A model generated the notes under the pieces. The model was not told the origin of the DNA. It worked only from the letters and a program-made list of their open reading frames with translations, and did not search any database. A stretch of DNA of 64,000 nt from an uncultured Gammaproteobacteria bacterium. Lineage in GTDB: Bacteria > Patescibacteriota > Patescibacteriia > Magasanikbacterales > UBA922. The stretch lies in NCBI GenBank assembly GCA_964522405.1, contig CAZFTR010000004.1, positions 22,349 through 86,348 on the forward strand, in the 5' to 3' direction. Numbering within the stretch: position 1 is the stretch's first letter; each line of letters starts with the position of its first letter. This document shows, piece after piece, positions 28,372 through 38,777 of the stretch. Made by a program: the position numbers and the translations under genes.

Positions 28372-30654
28372 ATGAAAATATCAAATAAAAAGTTATTGTT
28401 TTTTGTCATTACAGTTGGCCTTTTTTTGCCAATTTCAAAAGTATTTACAGCAGAATTCAATCCCAACCACATAATCAGTGATCAGGATATGCAGGATTGG
28501 AAAAGTATGGGTCGTGGAGAAATCCAGGCTTTTTTGAAAAACCGAGGTCCATTTTTGGCCAAATTTATTACCAAAAATCTAGAAGGCAAGAAGAGAAGAG
28601 CAGCTGACATTATCTACGAAGTTGCCAAGGAATATAAAATAAGTCCGAAATATATTCTGGTAAAGCTCCAAAAAGAACAAAGTCTAATCACAGCAAAAAA
28701 CCCAACCAATTACCAACTAAACTATGCTACAGGTTATGGAGTATGTGATGATTGTGATACTGATGATCCAAATGTTTCAAAACATTCAGGATTTGCCAAG
28801 CAAGTAGACTCAGCAGCAGGAATTATACGCTGGTACTATGAAAATTTTGAAAAAGAAAATTGGATCAAGAGAGATAACACCGAATACCAGATCGATGATC
28901 AGCTTGTTACTCCGGCAAATTTGGCAACTGCTTTTCTGTATACCTACACTCCTCATCTTCATGGAAATAAAAATTTTTGGAAACTATGGCAACAATGGTT
29001 TGATCAGGTCTATCCAGATGGAAGTATTTTAAAAGGTGAAAATGAATCTAATATTTATGTTATCAAAGATGGCAAGAAAAGCGCTATCAAAAGCATGTCT
29101 GTACTGATCTCAAGATATGATCCAAAATCCATAATTACTGTACCGGTTAGCGAGCTAGCTAGGTATGAAAATGGACCTGAGATAAAATTTGCTAACTTTT
29201 CTTTGTTAAAAATTTCTAATAAATACTATTTAATAAATTTTGATGAATTGCGACCTTTTAAGGACTATGATGTTATTCGGAAATTAGGTTATCATCCAGA
29301 TGAGATAATCGAGGCCACTGGAGAAGACAAAGAAAATTTCAAAATCGGGGCCACAATCGAAGAAAGTGAACAATATCCTTTTGGAAGAATCATAAAAACA
29401 GATTCAGGACAAATTTATTATATAAACCAAGGACAGTATCATGTAATTGCAGATAAATTAATTGCCCAAAAGAAATATCCACAACTAATGATTGAAAAAG
29501 GATCTGCAAAATTACTCAAGGGACTTACTCGTGGCAATTCTGTTTTATTTCCTGATGGAGTTTTAATAGGAAATGATCTTACTAAGATGATTTATGTTAT
29601 AGAAAATGGATCGAAACGTCATATCACTTCAGAAAAGGTATTTAATGGACTAGGTTATAAATGGTCAAATGTAATTTGGGCAAGTGATTTTGTTTTAAAT
29701 CTTCATAAATTTGCAGAACCTGTCTACTTAAAAGAATCTGCCAGTCCAGCTGTTAAAGATGATTTTGTACTAACCTCAGCAAAATATCAACCAGTAGATT
29801 ATGATGCACCCAAGCAAACTGTTCCTATTGAAATAAATAGCAGAGGAAAAGTTCTCGCCACCTCAAAGGAAGATACAAAATATATTGGCGAAAAAACCTT
29901 TAATACTGGAATTTATACTTATATAGCAGCAGATTTTGAAACCGGGGAAATACTTGCCGGCAAGAACATAGATGTTATTCGACCAATGGCATCCTTTACA
30001 AAAGCAATGACGGCTCAGGTTTTGTTTGACGCTGGAATTGATATAGAAGCTAGCTCAACATATGATGCCTACACTCAAAAATCAGGTCATCACCGATATA
30101 GAATTGCGCACGGAGAATCAGTCAAAAATGACGATCTATTAAAAGTATTTTTAGCAATTTCACATAATACTCCTGGAAATATTCTGGCAAGCAATGTCGG
30201 TGGGGCTGAAAATTGTGTAAAAAAAATGAATGCCAAACTAAAGGAATGGGGTCTGGTTAATACTTATTTTGAGGATACTCATGGTCTTGGACTCAAAAAC
30301 CAGACAACTGCTCGAGATTACTTGTATATATTTAAAAATGTACTACAAGACCAGAGAATTCTGGATTATATGGGTGAAAAAAGATTTTCATATGTAGAAA
30401 CCGTTGATAAAGACTGGCAACCAAACCATAGTGGAGCACATAGTAATACACTTATCTTGCAAAATCATGCTAATTTTGAAATACTTTCTAGTAAGACCGG
30501 TTATCTATATGAATCTGGCTTTAATCTGGCAAACCTAATAGAGAGAAAAAGTGATGGCAAAAAATTTATTGTCATTACTATGGGTGAACCAGACTATAAC
30601 AATCGTCTTTATAATGCCAAAAGATTTGCTAACTGGGTTGTCAAAAATTTCTAA
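28372..30654 (+). CDS. Secreted multidomain protein with C-terminal peptidase S11 (D-Ala-D-Ala carboxypeptidase) domain
   Basis: Signal peptide; N-terminal LQKEQSL/ATA.LY.YTPH putative cell-wall domain; repeated DG..I....IYVI..G.KR units; SxxK (ASFTK), SxN (SHN), KTG. Confidence 0.8.
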   Translation: MKISNKKLLFFVITVGLFLPISKVFTAEFNPNHIISDQDMQDWKSMGRGEIQAFLKNRGPFLAKFITKNLEGKKRRAADIIYEVAKEYKISPKYILVKLQKEQSLITAKNPTNYQLNYATGYGVCDDCDTDDPNVSKHSGFAKQVDSAAGIIRWYYENFEKENWIKRDNTEYQIDDQLVTPANLATAFLYTYTPHLHGNKNFWKLWQQWFDQVYPDGSILKGENESNIYVIKDGKKSAIKSMSVLISRYDPKSIITVPVSELARYENGPEIKFANFSLLKISNKYYLINFDELRPFKDYDVIRKLGYHPDEIIEATGEDKENFKIGATIEESEQYPFGRIIKTDSGQIYYINQGQYHVIADKLIAQKKYPQLMIEKGSAKLLKGLTRGNSVLFPDGVLIGNDLTKMIYVIENGSKRHITSEKVFNGLGYKWSNVIWASDFVLNLHKFAEPVYLKESASPAVKDDFVLTSAKYQPVDYDAPKQTVPIEINSRGKVLATSKEDTKYIGEKTFNTGIYTYIAADFETGEILAGKNIDVIRPMASFTKAMTAQVLFDAGIDIEASSTYDAYTQKSGHHRYRIAHGESVKNDDLLKVFLAISHNTPGNILASNVGGAENCVKKMNAKLKEWGLVNTYFEDTHGLGLKNQTTARDYLYIFKNVLQDQRILDYMGEKRFSYVETVDKDWQPNHSGAHSNTLILQNHANFEILSSKTGYLYESGFNLANLIERKSDGKKFIVITMGEPDYNNRLYNAKRFANWVVKNF

Positions 30655-30664
30655 ATTAAAACCT

Positions 30665-31432
30665 ATGTCACTAGTATTTGCTGGAATAACACCTCATCCC
30701 CCGCTTCTAATTCCAAATATTGGCAAAGAAAAAACTGATCTGGTCAAAGAAACAAGACAGGCACTGGATACTCTTGAGCAAAAGCTCTACACTTCGAGAC
30801 CTGACATTATTATGATCATTTCTCCTCATACTGGTCTTTTTGAAAATGCCTTTTCTGTGAATGCTCACAATCAATTTACTTCTGATTTTGGAGAATTTGG
30901 TGACCTTGTTACCAAAAAAACATGGATAGGCTCTCCTGGATTAGCTGCCAAGATTGCTCACGCAGGAAATACTCATGGAATTAATATTAGACTAATAAGT
31001 GATGAAACAATTGACCATGGCGCTGCAGTACCGCTTTATTTTCTAACTGATCATCTTGAAGAGGTCAAAATATTACCTCTTGGGTATAGTGGATTTAATA
31101 GAGAAACCCATATTAATTATGGAGTACTGCTCAAGGAGCTGATAATGAAATCAGAAAAACGTATTGCTGTTATTGCTTCTGGAGATCTGTCTCATAATAG
31201 CAACAAAAGTAGTAGTGAGCTTGATCAGACACTTATTGAATTGTTTGAAAAGAGGGAATTAGAAGAAATTATGAATCTAGATCAAGACCTGATTGAGCAA
31301 GCAAATGAATGTGGATATAGATCGATTTTGATCTTGCTTGGAATAGTCAAAAATATGAATTTTAAATTTGAAAAACTTTGCTACCAAGCTCCTCTGGGTG
31401 TTGGATATTTAACGGCAAATTTTGATATATAG
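30665..31432 (+). CDS. AmmeMemoRadiSam protein B / LigB-MEMO family protein
   Basis: PHPPLLIP.IG, ISPH, DHG..VPL, IASGDLSH, ECG, GVGY; start at ATG 30665. Confidence 0.85.
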   Translation: MSLVFAGITPHPPLLIPNIGKEKTDLVKETRQALDTLEQKLYTSRPDIIMIISPHTGLFENAFSVNAHNQFTSDFGEFGDLVTKKTWIGSPGLAAKIAHAGNTHGINIRLISDETIDHGAAVPLYFLTDHLEEVKILPLGYSGFNRETHINYGVLLKELIMKSEKRIAVIASGDLSHNSNKSSSELDQTLIELFEKRELEEIMNLDQDLIEQANECGYRSILILLGIVKNMNFKFEKLCYQAPLGVGYLTANFDI

Positions 31433-31433
31433 A

Positions 31434-33311
31434 ATGTTAGCGAAAATAATTCCGCTTAAGCGCTTACCAAAGGGACTTGATCTGTTTGATTATCAAGTAC
31501 CAAAATCACTGGAAGCAGATATTAAGCCAGGACAATTAGTTACTATCCCCTTTCGCAAGTCCGATCTATATGGACTTGTTTTTGACTTGAAAAATGATCA
31601 GTTAGGAAATAGCAACACAAAAGAAATTAAATCAATTGTAAATAAAATCCCTTTTTTATCAAAAAAGCAACTCTCTTTTCTTGAATTAGCAAAAAATATT
31701 TATGGAATATCTTTTGGCAGTATGACAAAAATTGCCATGATTCCCCTTCAAAAAAGAAAATTAAAAAAAATAGAATTAGTGGAAATAGTATCAGACCAAA
31801 AAAATATTAATAAAACTAAATATCTTAATTATCAAGATGAGACAGAGCATATAGAAAAACTAAATAATCAAATTGAAGACAATACTTTGATCTTAGTTCC
31901 GGAACTACAAATGATTGATCAGATTTTGGAACAGCTTGATCCAAAAATAAAATCTAAAATACTGGTCTGGCATGGTAGTTTATCCACAAAAGAAAAATTT
32001 GATAACTGGCTAGATATTAGAAACTCCAAAAAAACTATTGTTCTTGGAACTAGAGGGGCTTTGTTTCTTCCCTTTCAAAAACTAAAGAAAATTATTATTG
32101 ATTTTGAACAAGATGAAAATCACAAGCACTGGGATCAGTCTCCCAGATTTCACACTCATGATTTATCAAAAATTCTCAGTGATATTTATGGGTCTGAAAT
32201 TATTAAAATGAGCTATTCAATCAGTTCAGATACTTATCATGCAATTTTCAAAGGTGATACAGAATTTGCTGAAAAGAAAGGAATAGGACCAGTATTCAAA
32301 AAAAGAAATCTGCAAACTCTGAGCATAATTGATATGACTCGACAATCCTCAACAAAAGAATATTCAAATTTATCTGTCAGCAGCAAAAGAGAAATCCAAA
32401 AATCAATATCAGAGAAAAAGGATATATTTATTCTTCTAAACAGAAAGGGATACGCAACATCACTTAATTGCTTGGATTGTGGATATCGCAAACTTTGCAC
32501 AGATTGTTCTCTTCCAATGGTATTTCACTCAAATGACAAATTATACTGTCATTGGTGCAGAAAACAAGAAAATCTAAGCATCAGATGTCAAAAATGCAAT
32601 TCAGAAAAATTAAAACTTTATGGATCTGGAATTGAAACTATCAAAAAAGAACTGAACAAAGAATTAGACATTGGTTCTGACTATGAAATAATTTGCCTTG
32701 ATAGTGAGAAAGAACAACCGCCCAGCAGCAGTCATAATAAAATTATTATTGGAACAACTCATGCCTTCAATTATATTAATTGGCAAAAAACAGGTTTTAT
32801 ATGTATGCTTGATTTTGATAGACAGATATCAATTCCTGAATTCAGTGCCCATGAAAATGCCTGGCATTTAATAAATAAAATGCTTTATTTAAAAAACCCT
32901 CTGGCCAATTTCTTCATACAGAGCTATAATATAGAAAATTACCTTCTTAAATCATTGGCAGAACCTGATAAATTCTACAGGCTTGATCTTAATCATAGAA
33001 AAAAACTGGAAAATCCTCCCTATTCATACTTGGTAAGATATTTTATTGGCGATTTTAATCAGGAAAAAGCGCTAAAGCAAGCCAAAAAATTAGATAGCAA
33101 AATAGCCCAGCAATTGACAAAAGACCAAAAAAATATTAAACTTGTTGGTCCACTGGAGATGCATCCCAAATTCTATAGAGAAAGGCACTGGTTTATGATT
33201 ATAGCTAAATTTGATGCTAGATCATGGATTGATAACCTTATTTATTTAAATTCTTTTATACCACATAATTGGAAAATAGATCCTAACCCTATTTCAATAC
33301 TTAGACCATAA
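31434..33311 (+). CDS. priA: Primosomal protein N' (PriA), degenerate helicase motifs
   Basis: FDY.VP, V.IPF, GTRGALF.PF, LNRKGY, four CxxC pairs, PPYS; no GxTGSGKT, and DFEQ in place of DEEH. Confidence 0.85.
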   Translation: MLAKIIPLKRLPKGLDLFDYQVPKSLEADIKPGQLVTIPFRKSDLYGLVFDLKNDQLGNSNTKEIKSIVNKIPFLSKKQLSFLELAKNIYGISFGSMTKIAMIPLQKRKLKKIELVEIVSDQKNINKTKYLNYQDETEHIEKLNNQIEDNTLILVPELQMIDQILEQLDPKIKSKILVWHGSLSTKEKFDNWLDIRNSKKTIVLGTRGALFLPFQKLKKIIIDFEQDENHKHWDQSPRFHTHDLSKILSDIYGSEIIKMSYSISSDTYHAIFKGDTEFAEKKGIGPVFKKRNLQTLSIIDMTRQSSTKEYSNLSVSSKREIQKSISEKKDIFILLNRKGYATSLNCLDCGYRKLCTDCSLPMVFHSNDKLYCHWCRKQENLSIRCQKCNSEKLKLYGSGIETIKKELNKELDIGSDYEIICLDSEKEQPPSSSHNKIIIGTTHAFNYINWQKTGFICMLDFDRQISIPEFSAHENAWHLINKMLYLKNPLANFFIQSYNIENYLLKSLAEPDKFYRLDLNHRKKLENPPYSYLVRYFIGDFNQEKALKQAKKLDSKIAQQLTKDQKNIKLVGPLEMHPKFYRERHWFMIIAKFDARSWIDNLIYLNSFIPHNWKIDPNPISILRP

Positions 33312-33314
33312 AAT

Positions 33315-33842
33315 ATGTTTGAAATTGTAACTCTACCCTCAAAAAATCTAAGAAAAAGATCAGAAGATATTGATCCAGATATCTTGTCTTTGGATGAAAC
33401 CAAACAATATATTGAAGAGCTTATTGAGACCATGTATGCCAGTGACGGCATTGGTATTGCCTCTCCCCAAGTAGGTAAAAATATCAGAATCTGCATAATT
33501 GGCAAGGCAGCAATACAAAAAAATCATCAGCTTTTCGGCAAAGACTTGGTACTAGTAAATCCCAACTTTCAAAAAACCAGTAAAAAAACAGGTATTGAAA
33601 CCGAGGGCTGTTTGTCTGTCCCAGGAATTTTCGGAAATGTAAAAAGAAATAAAGATATTTTAGTTTCAGCAATTGACAGAGATGGTAAACCACTTGAATT
33701 CAATGCCAAAGGTTTTTTTGCAAGAGTAGTTCAGCATGAAATAGATCACCTCGACGGAATATTATTTATTGATAAGGCAACCAATATCCAAAAAGCTGAT
33801 CAACTTGAATCAGAACTTAGAGAAACTAAATTGGCAATATAA
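33315..33842 (+). CDS. def: Peptide deformylase
   Basis: GIGIASPQVG, EGCLS, QHEIDHLDG. Confidence 0.97.
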   Translation: MFEIVTLPSKNLRKRSEDIDPDILSLDETKQYIEELIETMYASDGIGIASPQVGKNIRICIIGKAAIQKNHQLFGKDLVLVNPNFQKTSKKTGIETEGCLSVPGIFGNVKRNKDILVSAIDRDGKPLEFNAKGFFARVVQHEIDHLDGILFIDKATNIQKADQLESELRETKLAI

Positions 33843-34745
33843 ATGAAAATAGCTTTTTTTGGCACACATCAATTTGCAGCAAATATACTAAAAGGTCTAA
33901 CAGCAAACCCTGAATTTGAGGTTGATTTAGTAATTACTCAACCGGATAGACCTGTCGGTAGAAAGCAGGAACTTCAAAAAAGCCCGGTAAAAATTGAAGC
34001 TGAAAAGAGTGGTTTAGAAATTGATCAACCAAACTCCTTGAAAAATTGCCAATTTAAGACAGATTTTGACATTTTTATTGTTGCCCAATATGGGTTAATT
34101 ATTCCTGAAGTAGTTATAAAAACTCCAAAATTTGAAACAGTAAATGTACACACTTCCCTACTCCCAAAATATCGAGGTGCCTCCCCTATTCAGTCAGCAC
34201 TAAGAAATGGTGAAAAAGAAACTGGAATTACTATAATGAAAATGGATAAGGGGATGGATACAGGACCAATTTTAACTCAGCAAAAGATTACTATTGATCC
34301 GGATGATACCTATCTAGAGCTGGATCAAAAAATGTCTGAAATTGCTATTCAACTCTTGATCAAAATTCTTCCCAAATATATTTTAGGTGAAATCAAACCT
34401 GAAAACCAAGATGATTCACAAGCAACTTATTGCAAAAAATTGACCAGAGAAGACGGTAAAATAGATTTTTCAAAAGACTACACTGCAGTTTACGATTTAT
34501 ATCGTGGATTAACCCCCTGGCCCGGTGTTTGGACTACTTTTGAAGACAAAAGATTAAAATTATTAAAAATAAAACCATCTGAGAAATCAGTTAGCATTAG
34601 CCAACTTGCAACAGAAGATGATAAACTATATATAGGATGTGCCAGTGGATCAATTGAAATCCTAGAACTTCAACCTGAAGGTAAGAAGAAAATGACAGCC
34701 AGCCAATTTTTGAATGGACACCAAGAAAAAATAAAAAAGCTCTGA
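33843..34745 (+). CDS. fmt: Methionyl-tRNA formyltransferase
   Basis: TQPDRP.GR, NVH.SLLPKYRGASPIQ, MD.GMDTGP. Confidence 0.97.
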   Translation: MKIAFFGTHQFAANILKGLTANPEFEVDLVITQPDRPVGRKQELQKSPVKIEAEKSGLEIDQPNSLKNCQFKTDFDIFIVAQYGLIIPEVVIKTPKFETVNVHTSLLPKYRGASPIQSALRNGEKETGITIMKMDKGMDTGPILTQQKITIDPDDTYLELDQKMSEIAIQLLIKILPKYILGEIKPENQDDSQATYCKKLTREDGKIDFSKDYTAVYDLYRGLTPWPGVWTTFEDKRLKLLKIKPSEKSVSISQLATEDDKLYIGCASGSIEILELQPEGKKKMTASQFLNGHQEKIKKL

Positions 34746-34784
34746 TAATTTTTTTACTAGGAGATATTACTGCTCATTGAGATT

Positions 34785-36266
34785 ATGCAGAATAGACTTA
34801 CAACTAAGGCGATTTTCTTTGATAAACAAACCTGGCTTTTATTTGCAGGGTTTTTCTTGGCTAGAATTGTCTCCTTTGCATTGCATGGGCATCAGATAAT
34901 ACAAGCACTACTTGTATTTTTTATTTTAATGCTACTGGGCATTTTATATTATAAAAATGAATACTATGGCTGGGCCATTGTACTCACAGAACTATTCTTG
35001 GGCGGCTCTGGGCATTTTATAGAATTTTTTGGATTGTCACTACGAACTTGTATAGTCCTAACTTTTATAACACTTTGGGCGCTTTTTAATATTCTTGATC
35101 CCGGTCGCAAACATCGATTAAAAATTCCTCATGGTCTGTTCTGGATTTTTATACCTTTGATCATTTTTGCTGCTATTTCAGCAGTAATAGGCTTGTTCAA
35201 TGGACACTCAGTTGCACGTGTGATCCAAGATTTTATGCCTTTTAGTTTTTTGGTACTTCTTCTCCCGGCTTATCATATGTTTGAAAATGAGAAGATACGT
35301 CATCATTTTATACGACTTGTAATGGTATTTATAATTGGATCAGCCCTCTTTGCTCTTTTTACCTTTGTTTTATACAGACTTGGCCTAAGTGAGTTGCAAG
35401 ATCCATTTTATAAATGGATGAGAGATGTTGCTATGGCAAAAATAACTCAAGTTACCCCATTTTTCTATCGAGTGGTCTTGCCAGAGCATTTACTAAGTGT
35501 TCCTGTGATTCTGATAACCATGTCTCTACTAATGAGAGACGAGAAACACCATACTATGTGGAGAATCTTACTCTTTTTTGGATTGTTCTTATTAGCTATA
35601 AATTTTTCACGAGCTTATCTATTGGGTTTTGCTGTTGGAATTTTAGTTCTCAAGTACAGACACAGCTTTAAGCAATGGTTCAAAGAATCAGCTGTTGCTG
35701 TCCTATTATTTCTGTTTATTTTTTCATCTATGTCTGTCATATCAAGCATAGGAAAAAGTACTGGCCTGGAAATACTAGGATTAAGAATTGGGAGCATTGT
35801 AAGCCCTCAAACTGAAGTAAGTACCAATGCTAGAATGGAAAAACTTGCTCCCATCATATCCTTGATAAGAAAGCATCCTTTTGTTGGAAATGGACTGGGA
35901 GCCAGTATTTTATACTATGACAAAACTATTGGCGCAGTAACCCCAAGTATTCACTTTGATTGGGGCTACTTAGAAATGTGGGCTGAACTTGGTATCTTGG
36001 GTAGTGTTTGGCTCTTACTCATAGCGTTATTTATTGTTTTTGAGATAATTAAAAAAATCAGAACTGTTGCTGATTTTCATGATTTCAAAGTTGGACTTTT
36101 GGCAGCAATTGTATCAATGTTAATTATTAATATTACCACACCTGCACTGTTTCATACTCTAAGTATCTTTGCTTTAACATTTGTTATTGCCTTTATTACC
36201 AGACCTGTGGAAGTATTTGATTATTTTATTACTATGATTTACAGAATATTTAATAGATTAGATTAA
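34785..36266 (+). CDS. O-antigen ligase/polymerase (Wzy_C) family membrane protein
   Basis: Multiple TM helices; FSRA, R...... HPFVGNGLG, YLEMWAELGILG. Confidence 0.8.
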   Translation: MQNRLTTKAIFFDKQTWLLFAGFFLARIVSFALHGHQIIQALLVFFILMLLGILYYKNEYYGWAIVLTELFLGGSGHFIEFFGLSLRTCIVLTFITLWALFNILDPGRKHRLKIPHGLFWIFIPLIIFAAISAVIGLFNGHSVARVIQDFMPFSFLVLLLPAYHMFENEKIRHHFIRLVMVFIIGSALFALFTFVLYRLGLSELQDPFYKWMRDVAMAKITQVTPFFYRVVLPEHLLSVPVILITMSLLMRDEKHHTMWRILLFFGLFLLAINFSRAYLLGFAVGILVLKYRHSFKQWFKESAVAVLLFLFIFSSMSVISSIGKSTGLEILGLRIGSIVSPQTEVSTNARMEKLAPIISLIRKHPFVGNGLGASILYYDKTIGAVTPSIHFDWGYLEMWAELGILGSVWLLLIALFIVFEIIKKIRTVADFHDFKVGLLAAIVSMLIINITTPALFHTLSIFALTFVIAFITRPVEVFDYFITMIYRIFNRLD

Positions 36267-36288
36267 GCTTAATCTAATCTATTAAATA
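36247..36288. repeat. Perfect 42-bp AT-rich palindrome at a convergent gene junction
   Basis: TATTTAATAGATTAGATTAAG|CTTAATCTAATCTATTAAATA. Confidence 0.9.
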
Positions 36289-36291
36289 CTT

Positions 36292-37002
36292 TTAATCAAA
36301 GCCGTGCTTTTTCTTAATAATACTTCTTGCCTCTTCATACTTTTTAACTTTTTTACTTACCATGGGAAAATACTTCCATGGTTTTTTATATGCAAAACTT
36401 GGCAGCCATGAACTTATTGTTCCGCCCTGAGGCGTTTTGTATAGATATTGATCCAACCATATGCCTTTTTTACCCTGCTTTGCTATTCTTAACCACAAAT
36501 CCCAATCCTGAAACCTTTTGAGAGATTGATCAAAACCTAGAAAATCTTCTCGTCTCATCAAACTAGTACTTGGAATATAGTTCATTTTCTTTAATTCTTG
36601 ATAATTATATTTCTTTGCTGGAAATTTTTTTCTTCCAAGAACATGATTAGAATAAACAAAACTTGCATTTGCATTATTCAAAGTTTGATACATTTTTTCA
36701 ATCATATCAGGCTGCGCAAAAATATCTGCATCAAAAAAGATCACGAATTGACCTGTTGATAACTTGAATCCCCTATTTCTGGCTGCCGGCGCTCCACGAT
36801 TTTCCTGTTTTTTAAATTTAATTTTATCCTTATCAAAATTTCCTAGATCTAACTCATCAAACCGGAGTGCTGGATCACTTCCATCATCAATTATAACTAT
36901 TTCCAAATTTTTATAAGATTGAGAAATAACTGAAGCAAGACTTTTTTTGAAAATATCAATCCTGTTAAAAACAGGAATTATAACACTAATTAGCGGTTGC
37001 AT
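36292..37002 (-). CDS. Glycosyltransferase family 2
   Basis: ISVIIPVFN, IIDDGS, ARNRG, FFDAD, QDWDLWLR. Confidence 0.92.
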   Translation of the reverse strand: MQPLISVIIPVFNRIDIFKKSLASVISQSYKNLEIVIIDDGSDPALRFDELDLGNFDKDKIKFKKQENRGAPAARNRGFKLSTGQFVIFFDADIFAQPDMIEKMYQTLNNANASFVYSNHVLGRKKFPAKKYNYQELKKMNYIPSTSLMRREDFLGFDQSLKRFQDWDLWLRIAKQGKKGIWLDQYLYKTPQGGTISSWLPSFAYKKPWKYFPMVSKKVKKYEEARSIIKKKHGFD

Positions 37003-37005
37003 ACT

Positions 37006-38382
37006 CTAGTTAATTGTCTTTAGAGAAGTTCTGGCAATTTCTCGATCATCCCAAGGAATCATTTTACCACCAGCAACACACATTCTTTGTTCACTTCCTT
37101 TTCCGGTTATCAAAATCATATCGCCCTTTTTTGCCAGCTCTATTGCTTTTTTGATTGCTTGTTTTCGATCAAGCACTTTGAATAAGGTCTCATCTTCAAC
37201 TTTTCCTGCTTCAAGAGCAGCACGAGCTACATCATCTATTATTTCCATAGGATCATCATCGTAAGGATCTTCATCTGTAACTATACAAATATCTGCTTTT
37301 TCTCCTACAAATTCACCCACTGTAAATCTCCTCTTAATATCACGGCCTCCACCTGTTGAACCAAAGACATGGATAATTCTCTCTGGCTCAAGCAATTCTA
37401 CAACCTGATAAAGTGCTTTCATAGCTCCCGGCTCAAAAGCATAGTCAACAATCACACTAAATCCATGCTCTTCTGCTTCCTCTATAAATTCATTTCTTCC
37501 TGGAGCATTTTTTAACCGATTTACTGCTTTTTTAGTGATTTCAGGATCAATATTCAAAATTTTTGCAATAGATACTGCTACTGCACAATTCCAGGCATTA
37601 TGCTCTCCATAAATCACCGGATCAAAACTCTGATCATCTATTTTAAAATGAAGACCTTTTTTGTCTACTGAAATTTCTGAAAGTTTGAATTGACCATCTA
37701 TACTCTCCAAATTAGATTTTTTTGTTCCAAAAGTATAAATTGTATCAAAAACAGCCCCCTCAATAAATTCCTGAGCATACTTAGAATCACCATTTAATAA
37801 AGCTACTTTAGGTAATTCAGAACAACATCCTTTTTGTAAATTTTTAAATCCAATCTTTTCTATGGTTTTACCACCATGAAAATAAGTACTTGCGTCTACA
37901 AAAATATCAATTTTAGCTTTTTTATAATTTTCAAAACTTCCATGAGACTCGATATGCTCTGGATAAAGATTGGTCAAGACCATCAGATCATATGCAATAA
38001 ACTTATGCCTATACTGAACACGCCCCTCTGAAGTGGTCTCTACAATAGCAATGTCGCATCCGGCATCAACCATTTCTCGTAAGTATTTCTGGGTTTGCAT
38101 TTTTCCGAGCATAGTCATCTTCTGGTCATTGAGCTTGTTTTCTCCGGCAATATAAAAGTCAATTGTTGAAAGTGAACCAACTTTGTATCCAGCTGATTCA
38201 AGAACCTGTCTCAAAAACAAAACAGAAGTAGATTTTCCACTGGTCCCAGTAATTCCAATTACAAATAGTTCTTTTGAAGGGTGAGAGTACTTGTGAGCGC
38301 CATACCAAGCATAGAAAAAATGGCGAAGATTAAAAACCTTCTTAGGAAATATTTTTTTTAATATTTTTATAAAAAAATTCAT
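37006..38382 (-). CDS. murE: Mur ligase, MurE-like (UDP-MurNAc-tripeptide synthetase)
   Basis: GITGTSGKST, ETTSEG, TNL..EH...H, PGR.E, VDYA, D.P..DDP, GKG.E; true start likely ATG 38382 (the ORF-track extension reads through islet 8). Confidence 0.85.
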   Translation of the reverse strand: MNFFIKILKKIFPKKVFNLRHFFYAWYGAHKYSHPSKELFVIGITGTSGKSTSVLFLRQVLESAGYKVGSLSTIDFYIAGENKLNDQKMTMLGKMQTQKYLREMVDAGCDIAIVETTSEGRVQYRHKFIAYDLMVLTNLYPEHIESHGSFENYKKAKIDIFVDASTYFHGGKTIEKIGFKNLQKGCCSELPKVALLNGDSKYAQEFIEGAVFDTIYTFGTKKSNLESIDGQFKLSEISVDKKGLHFKIDDQSFDPVIYGEHNAWNCAVAVSIAKILNIDPEITKKAVNRLKNAPGRNEFIEEAEEHGFSVIVDYAFEPGAMKALYQVVELLEPERIIHVFGSTGGGRDIKRRFTVGEFVGEKADICIVTDEDPYDDDPMEIIDDVARAALEAGKVEDETLFKVLDRKQAIKKAIELAKKGDMILITGKGSEQRMCVAGGKMIPWDDREIARTSLKTIN

Positions 38383-38390
38383 GATTTCTA

Positions 38391-38418
38391 TTGACAAACT
38401 GATTTTTTTGAGTATACT
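38391..38418 (+). promoter_or_regulatory. Sigma70 promoter of GC islet 8
   Basis: TTGACA-16 nt-TATACT. Confidence 0.7.
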
Positions 38419-38424
38419 TTTGGC

Positions 38425-38634
38425 ATGCGGTCTATGAAGTACGCACTCCCGATTAAGTTCGGGGATCTGCCAATGTGGTCGCGGTTCCAGTTCAGCGGAA
38501 CCTCGCGCTGGATCAAGACTGGTCACAAGTCCGCTGCGACGCTGACACCGGCGCCTCGTAGCTCCACCTTCTCCAACTCCTGTGGCGCGCCGCGCCGAGT
38601 GGATAGGTGCACGACCGTCTTCCCCTGCATCTAG
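38425..38634 (+). CDS. GC-rich ORFan (islet 8), 69 aa, probably leaderless
   Basis: ATG 6 nt after the -10 box; GC-rich relative to flanks. Confidence 0.55.
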   Translation: MRSMKYALPIKFGDLPMWSRFQFSGTSRWIKTGHKSAATLTPAPRSSTFSNSCGAPRRVDRCTTVFPCI

Positions 38635-38674
38635 GGACACCTGATCCGTCTCTCGAAGCATCAATGATCGCCGC

Positions 38675-38702
38675 TGCCGGGGGTTCTTCGGAACCCCTGG
38701 CA
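38675..38702 (+). repeat. cUUCGg-capped GC hairpin ending islet 8
   Basis: TGCCGGGGGTTC-TTCG-GAACCCCTGGCA. Confidence 0.8.
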
Positions 38703-38719
38703 AAACTCATAATTGAACT

Positions 38720-38748
38720 AATCTCTAGATAAAATCTAGAGATTTTTT
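38720..38748. terminator. Intrinsic terminator
   Basis: AATCTCTAGAT-aaa-ATCTAGAGATTTTTT. Confidence 0.75.
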
Positions 38749-38777
38749 ATCACAATTTAGCTAAATTTGCAATAGAT

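Noticed and set aside
38383-38703. 107-aa N-terminal extension of the Mur ligase in the ORF track
   Set aside because: It is the antisense read-through of GC islet 8; Mur-like sequence and host composition begin at ATG 38382
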